Shown: positions 36,387-44,431 of the stretch, one piece after another
How positions within the stretch are numbered: the first letter of the stretch is position 1
Layout of the letters: the number at the start of each line of letters is the position of its first letter
IMG/VR virus record: IMGVR_UViG_3300005323_000062
Coordinates: 1 to 45,899 of that record
Direction: 5' to 3' (one strand)
DNA length: 45,899 nt
Source: a virus
Taxonomy: Duplodnaviria; Caudoviricetes
Translations under genes and position numbers: made by a program
The notes under the pieces: model-generated
Database searches by the model: none
What the model saw: only the letters and a program-made list of their open reading frames with translations
Told to the model about the DNA's origin: nothing

Positions 36387-36428
36387 AGTGACACTAAATC
36401 TAATAAGTTGGATTAAGGGGGTTTGAAA

Positions 36429-36626
36429 ATGTTAACACAAACAGCAGTAGAAGCAATCATAGCCCCAGACGAGTTTCAAAAGTTCTTAGATTACGGCAAG
36501 ACAGTTCAAATACCTATTGGTTGTAATCACAAGGGACAACAAATGTATTTCGAGTATGACGTTCAACAGTATTTAAAAAAGAGGGATAAAGATGCCGAAT
36601 TGTCGGTTTCACAAACGAAAGTTTGA
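36429..36626 (+). CDS. Hypothetical protein
   Basis: GGGGG RBS; first gene of the replication operon. Confidence 0.6.
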   Translation: MLTQTAVEAIIAPDEFQKFLDYGKTVQIPIGCNHKGQQMYFEYDVQQYLKKRDKDAELSVSQTKV

Positions 36627-36816
36627 CCTGACATATCTCAGAGGTTTTTCCAAAAGCCATCATTATAGTTTGTTGGTGGGAATATATCGGCGTAGGTTAG
36701 TATATTATAATTCCAAAACGCAAGAAATGATGTATCCTGACGTTTTTAGAAAAATGGTAAAATCAAGCGGTTATAAAATGAAAGAAGTGTTCCCAAATGC
36801 CAAACTGCAGATTTAG
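36592..36816 (+). CDS. NCRF-tag family protein 9 (MPNCRFHKR)
   Basis: Motif at ATG; GAGGGA RBS. Confidence 0.8.
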   Translation: MPNCRFHKRKFDLTYLRGFSKSHHYSLLVGIYRRRLVYYNSKTQEMMYPDVFRKMVKSSGYKMKEVFPNAKLQI

Positions 36817-37063
36817 AGTAAGAGATTGTTCCAAATCGTCGTCCATAGGTTCTAAAATTAAGGATGAATTGGAAAAAATTCCACAATTTGCTTTAGTTCC
36901 CGGTGAACGTGCGAAATTTTTAATAGATGTATTTGCTCTCCCTACCGGAGAACCAATAATAACAGGTATGCGTATTGAAAAGACCAGACTGGACTATTTC
37001 AGTATTGGTGGTAGAAGCCAAAGGGCTTCTGAAAGATTCTACAAAATTACTAAGAGTGTGTGA
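36797..37063 (+). CDS. NCRF-tag family protein 10 (MPNCRFRVR)
   Basis: Motif at ATG. Confidence 0.8.
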   Translation: MPNCRFRVRDCSKSSSIGSKIKDELEKIPQFALVPGERAKFLIDVFALPTGEPIITGMRIEKTRLDYFSIGGRSQRASERFYKITKSV

Positions 37064-37069
37064 TTAAAT

Positions 37070-37264
37070 ATGCCAGAGTACAGTAAAGGTGACAAGTTCA
37101 CCGAAAAACTAACCAAAAGCGGCGGAAGCCACTACCTCCTAGTAGGGGAGAGCCTCAAGAAATACTTGGGATTAGAAGACGCAGACAACGACGAGCTGGT
37201 TCTCTTAATAGAAGAGTCAAAGAAAGGCAAATACCTAGCAATATACAAAAAGAACGGCGTTTAA
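37070..37264 (+). CDS. AbrB/MazE-like DNA-binding protein
   Basis: KLTKSGGSHYLLV...LKKYLGLE pattern. Confidence 0.55.
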   Translation: MPEYSKGDKFTEKLTKSGGSHYLLVGESLKKYLGLEDADNDELVLLIEESKKGKYLAIYKKNGV

Positions 37265-37266
37265 CA

Positions 37267-39279
37267 TTGGATGATAACTTCTCAGAACTAGTAATAGCCG
37301 TCTTCGCGCCCCTACGCGCAGCCGGAGTTAGCCCAGAAACCCAAGAGGTTTACAAACAAAAATACATAGCCCAATACGCAAACAAAGACGGGGCGGGAAT
37401 AATCGCCACGAGCAAAGAACTAAAAACGAGATTCGACTATCTAAAAGAAGAACACCTTGCACAAATATATATCTATGCTACTTCCGCATGGGAAACAACC
37501 CCCCTATCAGAGATTCAACTCTCTCCGAGTATGCGGACTGATGCGGTTGTGTTGGCGTTGAAGCCGAAGGTTATGAATGGCTCTACGTTTCAAATACACA
37601 AGATAGAGGGGGCGTTCCCCTTCAATGACGTAAAGCGAATGATACGCGATACGACGGTCTTAGACTTGTCCGATGAAGCTAAATGCAAACTACCCTTCTT
37701 CATATCTAAAGAGTTAACGCTTGGCGGGAACATAACTTCTTCGTTGGATAAGAAAGACAAGAGTTACTCTTTATACGAAGTGGGTATTAACGAGAAGACT
37801 AACGAGGTTAAGTTCTTATTCATAGGCGAACCCAGAAAGAAAGGACACCCGATGGGCGACATAATGACCTTCTCAATGCCACTCTATACTTACAAGTTCT
37901 TAGCCGAAGATGGACGCGAATACGTCTTATTCTCAGTCAAAGAATTGACGCTGGGTAGGCACAAAGTTACTGGTATGCGAATAGTAATCAGCGACTTGTC
38001 ACCCTTTGGTGACTCAGCCAAATTCTCAACAATGCGCCAAGTCCTATTCGTCCACACAGCAGAACCAGACATACACCAATTAAAACCAGAAGAAGCGCAA
38101 GCAATAGCATCCAAACACGATTACGAAACATTCATGTACTCCTTACGCGGCGGTTACAAACACCCCGTTTGGTTTGAAAAATTCATGGCAGCGTGGCTCT
38201 TATCAGGCAAAGACAGTGGCTATCCATTGCACATAGCTTGGCTATCCGAGGCGGGCGGGGGCAAGTCAAAATACATGACTGCGCTCTACGAGCAGTTTCG
38301 AGAACTGCAAAGGCCAGCAGCAATAGGAACACTCAAGGGTTTAGTTCCTCACTTTGGTGGAAGTGTGCCTGATGAGGGGTATCTGTGCAAGTGCCAGAGG
38401 TTCGGGTTCGTTGACGAGTTTTTCTCCATCCTCCGTCGCTCAACCTTCAACAAACAGGACACGGACTCTGGCACTAGCCTGATGCTACCCATCTTGGAAC
38501 ACATGACTTACCAAGGGGATTCGGGTTCACACGCTTCAATAACGGTTAAGCCGAGTATGCGGGCGTTGTTCTGTTCAAACATGAAGAACTATTATGGGTT
38601 CGAGAATATGTTTGAGATTAGTCAACACATTAGCAACGCTTTCATGTCCCGTATATTGTGGTATGTGCAGACTGACGCTCACGTTGCTTTTGTGAACGCT
38701 TACAAAGCTAAGGTAGCTGAGGCTGAGCGTGAGGCTGGCGAACCACTTTACCCCAAACATAGTGCCGAGTTCGTTAGTTTGGTAGATTATTGCACTAGCT
38801 TCATGTTGCCCGTCAAGTCGGAAACGGTTGAACAGATTTACGCCGAGTATGAAACTCGCGCCGTGCCGGACGGTTTGGCGGAAGTGTATAGGGCTAGGTC
38901 TCGTCACCACATTGCTTGCTTGGTGGACGGTATTGCTAAGGTTAATTGGATTACTCAAAAGCGTGACAAGTTGGAGATTAGGGACGAGGACATTATAGAG
39001 GCTAGTGCGATTTTCGGCACGATAATCTTGTCATGGACTCCACAATCAGCGTTGGGTAATGAGTGGGTTCCGGTTAGCATTAAGCTGAACTACTTGTCTT
39101 ACGACCAGCGTAAGTTGTATGACTTTATAAAGTCCAAGCCCAACGTGGGACGGGAAGATGCTTTAGTGTTTGCTCCAAATTCAGAAGCTAACCTGCAATT
39201 CTTGGTTGATAAAGGATTGTTAGAGTTAAAACGCTCAGAAGAGTTTGGAAAATGGTTATACGAAGCGAAGGCGGGTTAG
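37267..39279 (+). CDS. mcm: MCM-like AAA+ replicative helicase (divergent)
   Basis: LHIAWLSEAGGGKS (Walker A), T.KGL, GYL...GFVDEF (Walker B), ILE, FMSR arginine finger, sensor-2-like R, winged-helix-like C-terminus. Confidence 0.7.
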   Translation: MDDNFSELVIAVFAPLRAAGVSPETQEVYKQKYIAQYANKDGAGIIATSKELKTRFDYLKEEHLAQIYIYATSAWETTPLSEIQLSPSMRTDAVVLALKPKVMNGSTFQIHKIEGAFPFNDVKRMIRDTTVLDLSDEAKCKLPFFISKELTLGGNITSSLDKKDKSYSLYEVGINEKTNEVKFLFIGEPRKKGHPMGDIMTFSMPLYTYKFLAEDGREYVLFSVKELTLGRHKVTGMRIVISDLSPFGDSAKFSTMRQVLFVHTAEPDIHQLKPEEAQAIASKHDYETFMYSLRGGYKHPVWFEKFMAAWLLSGKDSGYPLHIAWLSEAGGGKSKYMTALYEQFRELQRPAAIGTLKGLVPHFGGSVPDEGYLCKCQRFGFVDEFFSILRRSTFNKQDTDSGTSLMLPILEHMTYQGDSGSHASITVKPSMRALFCSNMKNYYGFENMFEISQHISNAFMSRILWYVQTDAHVAFVNAYKAKVAEAEREAGEPLYPKHSAEFVSLVDYCTSFMLPVKSETVEQIYAEYETRAVPDGLAEVYRARSRHHIACLVDGIAKVNWITQKRDKLEIRDEDIIEASAIFGTIILSWTPQSALGNEWVPVSIKLNYLSYDQRKLYDFIKSKPNVGREDALVFAPNSEANLQFLVDKGLLELKRSEEFGKWLYEAKAG

Positions 39280-39296
39280 AGTGGGAGTTGATTGAA

Positions 39297-39434
39297 ATGA
39301 AGTGTCAACATTGTGGGTGGTCAGAAGGAATTTCTTTCTATGACATTAGCACGGTAAATATCGAAGTCATTTACATTAAGTTTCACTGCAAAAAGTGTGG
39401 CTATGTCCAAGAAGAGCGTTCAAAGGAGGAATGA
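39297..39434 (+). CDS. Small zinc-ribbon protein
   Basis: MKCQHCG...CKKCG. Confidence 0.6.
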   Translation: MKCQHCGWSEGISFYDISTVNIEVIYIKFHCKKCGYVQEERSKEE

Positions 39435-39437
39435 AAG

Positions 39438-39608
39438 ATGGCAGATTATATGAAGGTAGGAAAGATAGTTCAAGCGTCAAACCCAATTTGTTTATCTTGT
39501 AGATTATGGCATTTGCAAGAAACATTTGGAACAGATAACAAAAAGTATTGGAAATGTGGTCGTTGCAATGCTATGTTCGATTTCATTCCAATGAAGAAGC
39601 GGGTGTGA
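39438..39608 (+). CDS. 56-aa zinc-ribbon protein
   Basis: Not in track; GGAGG RBS; CLSC...WKCGRC. Confidence 0.6.
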   Translation: MADYMKVGKIVQASNPICLSCRLWHLQETFGTDNKKYWKCGRCNAMFDFIPMKKRV

Positions 39609-40021
39609 TGTTGTTCGTGATACAAACAAAGACGGCAGACGGAATTTATTTTGAAGTAGACCAACTACTTCATAGTAGAGATGCATACTTACCTTGTAGG
39701 TCAGAGAAAGGTAAAGAAGTTGCAAATAAGTGCGAAATTGGTTTAAAACAAGAATTTGTTTCTTTTTCTGATTATCAAGCTGAACGTGAGAAAGACCAGC
39801 AAGCGTTCCAGAAGACACTTGACAAAGCCCAAGAGATACACGAAGCTGAATGTGTAGCATTAGCAGCAAGAATACGAGAAATCGCCGATGGAATATCCTG
39901 CCTTGATGTCAGATGGTGTGACTTGAATGGAGATATTCGCCTGCTGTGCGATAATTGCCAGCTAAAAAGAAGCTGTTTTTTGTTGGCGGTTGAAATCGAG
40001 GGGAAGAATACGAAGGTATAA
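39608..40021 (+). CDS. Hypothetical protein
   Basis: TGATG coupling with the previous gene; MLFVIQTK... Confidence 0.6.
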   Translation: MLFVIQTKTADGIYFEVDQLLHSRDAYLPCRSEKGKEVANKCEIGLKQEFVSFSDYQAEREKDQQAFQKTLDKAQEIHEAECVALAARIREIADGISCLDVRWCDLNGDIRLLCDNCQLKRSCFLLAVEIEGKNTKV

Positions 40022-40028
40022 ATACTTG
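40011..40028 (+). promoter_or_regulatory. TATA promoter (CGAAGGTATAAATACTTG)
   Basis: Repeat of the motif at 36369. Confidence 0.6.
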
Positions 40029-40054
40029 TACATACATATAAGTGGGGGATTAAA

Positions 40055-40228
40055 ATGTTTGAGAAACGGAAGGAAGTGACGGCGTTAGACCGTCACGAAA
40101 AGGCGGCCAGAGTAATGTCAAAGATGATAAAAATCTTACAAGACGAAGGATTTATCATAGAGACACAAGTTTGCAGACATTTAAGTTATAATGGAGTTAG
40201 TTTCGATATTGATACGGTGTTAAGATGA
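40055..40228 (+). CDS. 57-aa hypothetical protein
   Basis: Not in track; GGGGGA RBS; ATGA overlap with the next gene. Confidence 0.6.
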   Translation: MFEKRKEVTALDRHEKAARVMSKMIKILQDEGFIIETQVCRHLSYNGVSFDIDTVLR

Positions 40229-40479
40229 ATCCGATTATAGCTCGTGAACGGTCTCTCTTCTTGAGGGAAAAGATAATCCAAGCTCTAACAAACTGTCACA
40301 CGCCTACGCCAATAGCGGGTGTTGTGCGGTTGATAAATGACTTCTTGCCTGAAGGTGAGAAGACTAGTCAGAACGTCATATCAGCAAACCTTAAACGCTT
40401 GCAGGATTCGGGTGCACTCGCTCAGAATGGGATTATGCAAGCTAAGATAGGACAATGTAAGTGCTATTATAAACCATGA
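40225..40479 (+). CDS. Winged-helix DNA-binding protein
   Basis: EKIIQAL...TSQNVISANLKRLQDSG...YY. Confidence 0.6.
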   Translation: MNPIIARERSLFLREKIIQALTNCHTPTPIAGVVRLINDFLPEGEKTSQNVISANLKRLQDSGALAQNGIMQAKIGQCKCYYKP

Positions 40480-40488
40480 GGGGATTAA

Positions 40489-40728
40489 ATGACTAAGAAA
40501 GTAGAAGCAAACCCGCGAAAAGATTACTACGACTCAGAAGAACACTATGAGACGCAGAAACTTCGCGACCAGATAAACGTAGCCGAAGACTTGATAAGTA
40601 TATCAAGAACTAACGCTGAAATTAAGGAAACCGAAGCCAAAACAAACTTCGTAGAAATAAAAACCTCAGCAGTAGCGGTGGCAATATTAATTGCAATCGT
40701 ACTCACCGTCAAATACATATTCTTCTAG
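40489..40728 (+). CDS. Small protein with C-terminal TM helix
   Basis: AVAVAILIAIVLTVKYIFF. Confidence 0.65.
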   Translation: MTKKVEANPRKDYYDSEEHYETQKLRDQINVAEDLISISRTNAEIKETEAKTNFVEIKTSAVAVAILIAIVLTVKYIFF

Positions 40729-40780
40729 AAATAGAAGCTAACGCCACGCCAAGGCGTAAAACTGGCGGAAGTGAAACCCA

Positions 40781-41413
40781 ATGGGAGACCTAACACAATG
40801 GGCAGAAGCGGACAAAGAAATCTTGGCAAACACCAAGTATTTCAAACCCGAAATAAACATAGAATACCAAGTATCCTTCGCAGACGTAACGCCTGAAAAG
40901 CGACCTATGCCCGTATGGGAGAAAGGGATTCAGAAGAAAAACCCAGACGGAACACCCATCCTCGCCGACCAGCTAATGGTTGACGTAACAATGGATTCCC
41001 TCAACGGACAGAAGGTGGATATGCTCTTCTCGTTCAGCGCGTCAAGCAAAGCGTTGTATGAAAAGGTCAAATCCTACGATATGAACGGGGTTTTGAAAAC
41101 TTGGCTCTTCTCATTCAAGAAGACCAAGAACGGAAACAAGACGGAGTGGCTTCTGACTCCTATCAAGCAGAAGCCCGCGGCGGCGGCTCCCGCCACCCCT
41201 TCTCTTCCAGAACCACTAGTGGGTTCGATAAAAGTAGATGTTATAAGAATGCCCGGCGTGAACATGGATAAGTTTGAAGCCGTAGCAGCCGATGGTTCGG
41301 TTCATGTCATAACGAAAGGAAAACAGGCCTTACCGGCAGAAATAGCTAGTACCCTAATAGACCACGGTTGTGCAGTTAGAGTAGTAGAGATGAATTTGGC
41401 GAAAGCAATATGA
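40781..41413 (+). CDS. Putative ssDNA-binding protein fused to a GINS B-domain-like C-terminus
   Basis: Beta-rich aromatic N-domain, AAAAPATP linker, then KVDVIR...FEAVAADG...KG...LPAEIASTLIDHGCAVRV. Confidence 0.5.
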   Translation: MGDLTQWAEADKEILANTKYFKPEINIEYQVSFADVTPEKRPMPVWEKGIQKKNPDGTPILADQLMVDVTMDSLNGQKVDMLFSFSASSKALYEKVKSYDMNGVLKTWLFSFKKTKNGNKTEWLLTPIKQKPAAAAPATPSLPEPLVGSIKVDVIRMPGVNMDKFEAVAADGSVHVITKGKQALPAEIASTLIDHGCAVRVVEMNLAKAI

Positions 41414-41494
41414 TAAAAACTCCAGTGTTTAATGAAGAGTCCCTTTGGCTCTTCGCAATCTGGATGGGCATATTAACTTTACTGGTGTTGTTAT

Positions 41495-41815
41495 TTGGTT
41501 GAGCAATTCTTCATAGACCCCGAATCGGGAATAAAACTAGGCATACTGACTACCAGAGGAATCACTGCAGAACACCTATACAACCCATTCACAGACTCGG
41601 ATTTACAGCCGACACCCAAGCCAATACAAGCACCAACCATTCGGTATTATTGTTGGGGTTGTCAAAGTTACATAACCGTGTTTCATCCAGAACACATAAA
41701 CCATTGTCCGGTTTGTGGTGCGATAATGGAGTTTATAAACATTAGGACTCCGAGAGGGCAAGATGTTCTAGCTCAACTGGCTGAACACGATGTTGGAAAG
41801 ATAAGGTGGGATTAG
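41495..41815 (+). CDS. Zinc-ribbon protein
   Basis: YYCWGC...CPVCG. Confidence 0.65.
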   Translation: MVEQFFIDPESGIKLGILTTRGITAEHLYNPFTDSDLQPTPKPIQAPTIRYYCWGCQSYITVFHPEHINHCPVCGAIMEFINIRTPRGQDVLAQLAEHDVGKIRWD

Positions 41816-42093
41816 TGGTAGACGTTGAAGAAGAACACGCTAAACTTAAACTCATACAAAAACTTAGTAGACGAAGACGCAACATAGTTTATAACCCGTA
41901 TAGGTTGGATGGCGTGTTGCCTAAAAATCCAAGAAACTCTCGCTTTACTAAACGCTTGTTGACTCGTCGCTTTTGGCAAGAAGCTCAAGACGACTTAAAA
42001 CTTGGAGTTAAGAGTAAGGAAGAGATTTTTGGCAGGTATTATGATAGAATGGGTTTGTTGCTAGGTTTTATAAAGCCCCGCAACCAAGAATAA
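41806..42093 (+). CDS. Basic hypothetical protein
   Basis: 95 aa, overlaps the previous gene. Confidence 0.6.
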   Translation: MGLVVDVEEEHAKLKLIQKLSRRRRNIVYNPYRLDGVLPKNPRNSRFTKRLLTRRFWQEAQDDLKLGVKSKEEIFGRYYDRMGLLLGFIKPRNQE

Positions 42094-42111
42094 AGATAGG
42101 TGATTTGAAGT

Positions 42112-42339
42112 ATGGTGGACCCAATAGTAATCTTAGCAGGAGTCCTAGGCGGAGCCGTTCTCGGTTGGTCTGGGTTTAGAAAGGCGAGTGTAGATGGTGA
42201 GCCATTCAATCCGCAGAAGTTTGCTTATTCAATGATAGCACCCTTGCTTGGTGGTTTGTTGGCTGGTCTCTGTTCGACAGACATACAGACTGCCGCGCTT
42301 GCGGGTATAGCTGGTAAGCTCATACAAGAGCACATTTGA
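42112..42339 (+). CDS. Small membrane protein (holin-like)
   Basis: AGGTGA RBS; two hydrophobic helices around GEPFNPQKF. Confidence 0.6.
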   Translation: MVDPIVILAGVLGGAVLGWSGFRKASVDGEPFNPQKFAYSMIAPLLGGLLAGLCSTDIQTAALAGIAGKLIQEHI

Positions 42340-42340
42340 C

Positions 42341-42540
42341 GCTAGCCCGAAAAGACCTATAGTCCTTGACTTCCGTCAGGAAGTTGAGGACGGAAGTTCC
42401 AAAAGGACAAGTCGGGGGTTCAGAGTAAGTTAAAGCATCCCTCGGAAATACTAGCGGCGAGTTAGCTAGCCAATGACTCGCACGGCCTAGCGTTTCTGAC
42501 GCGGTGGATAGTGCTTTAACGAGCTATGAAGAACCCCCTT
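42341..42540 (+). ncRNA. Candidate ~200-nt structured RNA or leader
   Basis: GGGGGTTC 42414-21/GAACCCCC 42531-38; GTTAAAGCA 42429-37/TGCTTTAAC 42512-20; hairpins at 42362-42391 and 42457-42481. Confidence 0.5.
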
Positions 42541-42564
42541 CGCCATTATTTGAGGTGGAATAGT

Positions 42565-42753
42565 ATGCCATGTAGATTTAGAAAACGATTTGCTTGCCCA
42601 TTTTGTAAGAGCAACGATACTGTTGTTACATTTATGAGAAAAGGTAGCGACCCCAATGTTAAGATAAGTTTTATAAGTATAACCAACAATGAACAGAAAA
42701 AAATAGAGTTGGATGCTTGTTTGGAATGTGGTAAGTTTTTTAAAGTGAACTAA
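42565..42753 (+). CDS. NCRF-tag family protein 11 (MPCRFRKR), zinc ribbon
   Basis: GAGGTGG RBS before ATG 42565; CPFC...CLECG. Confidence 0.75.
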   Translation: MPCRFRKRFACPFCKSNDTVVTFMRKGSDPNVKISFISITNNEQKKIELDACLECGKFFKVN

Positions 42754-42754
42754 A

Positions 42755-42964
42755 ATGCCAGATTTAACGGAAGCGGAACAAGAAGTCTTGAACGTCTTAG
42801 CTAAGCAGAGGGCTAAAGGTAGGAAGAAGTATGCGACTAATGGCTTGAACTTCAAGTTAAAAAACCCCGAAGTGTGGTTGGATTACGCTATTGAGGAAGC
42901 AGCAGACCAGTTACAATACCTAGTATGTATGAAGATGAAATACAAAGAGGCGAACCCGAAATGA
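42755..42964 (+). CDS. Small all-alpha NTP-pyrophosphatase-like (MazG-superfamily) protein
   Basis: R..KG.KKY...WLDYAIEEAAD...YL. Confidence 0.5.
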   Translation: MPDLTEAEQEVLNVLAKQRAKGRKKYATNGLNFKLKNPEVWLDYAIEEAADQLQYLVCMKMKYKEANPK

Positions 42965-43081
42965 ACGAAAATTTTTCATTCCAAACCTTCTTATGGACTT
43001 GTGGTTGTGGATGCGTAAACGATTCCACTATATGCGAAAAGTGCGGCAAGACCTATAATGCTGTTAATTAGGGGTGATTTT

Positions 43082-43963
43082 ATGTATAAACTCTTAGGCT
43101 ATACCGTTCTGGATGGGCTAGAATACCAAAAACTAACAACCCCAGACCCATCCATTGCCATTTGCAACGCAGACCTCACCAAATGCACAACCGACAATCA
43201 GGCACTCAAAACAAAGGTGTCTACACGCGATTCTGTGATAACCAACTTACAAGACCAAATTGAAGTCAAAACACAAGATATAGAAGCCCTCATGTCAAAA
43301 ATACCCAAACAAGACCCATTAGAACAGACTCTTACTAACAAATATCCAAAGCAATTCATACCTTACCTATATGGTTTTACATTCAACCAACCTAACGCCA
43401 GACTGCGTTTGGATGTTCGAGACTTCCTTCAACACTCAATAGATGACCAACTACCTACTATGGGTGGTGTAACTGATGATGAGAGAGCCACTAGATGTAG
43501 GGCTTACGTTCAAAGCTTCTTAACCTACCAACCAGACAAGACCCTGTATGGAGTAAATGAAGAGTGGCAGTTCGCCCCACTAACCATGCAACTAAAGAAA
43601 GGAGATTGCGAGTGTGGAGCTATACTAATGGCTAATATGATGATAAAAGCAGGCATACCATACTACAAAGTAAGGATAGCTTGTGGAACAGTAAAAATGT
43701 CAATCCAACCAGACGCAGAACAACTAGGCCACGCCTATGTCTGTTATTATCGTGATAATGGTGGTTGGGTAGTATTAGACTGGTGCTTTGACCCAATCAA
43801 TGCTAGCACACCAATAAACAAGCTACCACTACATAAAAACAATCCACTCTATATGCCAACCGAAGATGCGGTATGGTTCTCCTTTGACGCTAAAAATGCT
43901 TACGCTCAGAACAACTTCTATGACAAAGTGGACGAGAAGAACACAAAGAGGTTCATACCATGA
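43082..43963 (+). CDS. Transglutaminase-like cysteine protease with N-terminal coiled coil
   Basis: GGGGTGA RBS; LTYQPD...EEWQFAP.T...KGDCE, GHAY, LDW (Cys-His-Asp triad). Confidence 0.8.
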   Translation: MYKLLGYTVLDGLEYQKLTTPDPSIAICNADLTKCTTDNQALKTKVSTRDSVITNLQDQIEVKTQDIEALMSKIPKQDPLEQTLTNKYPKQFIPYLYGFTFNQPNARLRLDVRDFLQHSIDDQLPTMGGVTDDERATRCRAYVQSFLTYQPDKTLYGVNEEWQFAPLTMQLKKGDCECGAILMANMMIKAGIPYYKVRIACGTVKMSIQPDAEQLGHAYVCYYRDNGGWVVLDWCFDPINASTPINKLPLHKNNPLYMPTEDAVWFSFDAKNAYAQNNFYDKVDEKNTKRFIP

Positions 43964-44068
43964 AGGACTACAACAAATACAGTTTCACAAAAAACAAATG
44001 TAAAAAGCACCAATGCGTTATGATTAGGGAGCGGTTAGAGAACGGTTACATAGACCACTGCCCCAAAT

Positions 44069-44431
44069 GTGCGAGGGAGAAACGTGTCAATACCACTAGT
44101 GCCTGAAGACAAACTACGCTCTATCCAAGCAATGCAAGAACGCATACGCCAACGCAAAGAAATGAAAAAGAACGCCTCAATGCGAGGCGTGTGTGGGTTC
44201 TGTAAAAACCTCTATAGAGACCGGTTCGGCGGCTGCCAATGCGGAATAGTAATGCTCGGAGTAGGTCACGTTATCAAAAAACCCTTCGACGAAGGATGCG
44301 ACAAGTGGCAACCGCGAGAAAAATACCAACCAGAAGTCTACGCTAAAGCCATCCAAAACGAAAAGTTCGCTAAACGCCTACGCCAAATGGAACAAATACA
44401 ACGCTGGGGCGGAACAAGACAACCATTCTAA
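44069..44431 (+). CDS. Cys-rich hypothetical protein
   Basis: CGFC...CQC...CDKW; start uncertain; last plus-strand gene. Confidence 0.6.
   Translation: MRGRNVSIPLVPEDKLRSIQAMQERIRQRKEMKKNASMRGVCGFCKNLYRDRFGGCQCGIVMLGVGHVIKKPFDEGCDKWQPREKYQPEVYAKAIQNEKFAKRLRQMEQIQRWGGTRQPF

Noticed and set aside
27466-36830. Recurrent AATTGTCGGTTT as a DNA repeat, cassette recombination site or CRISPR repeat
   Set aside because: Variation is synonymous (AAC TGC AGA TTT etc.), spacing is irregular and gene-sized, and no integrase or cas genes are seen; it is explained by the peptide motif.
42351-42430. Group I intron-like words (AAGACCTATAGTCC, GTTCAGAG)
   Set aside because: They are in the wrong order, there is no GACTA partner for P7, and no interrupted gene flanks them.
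24397-44431. Alternative genetic code as the cause of the many short ORFs
   Set aside because: Long conserved genes are intact in the standard code, all three stop codons end well-defined genes, and the short ORFs have their own RBSs and coupled start/stop overlaps.
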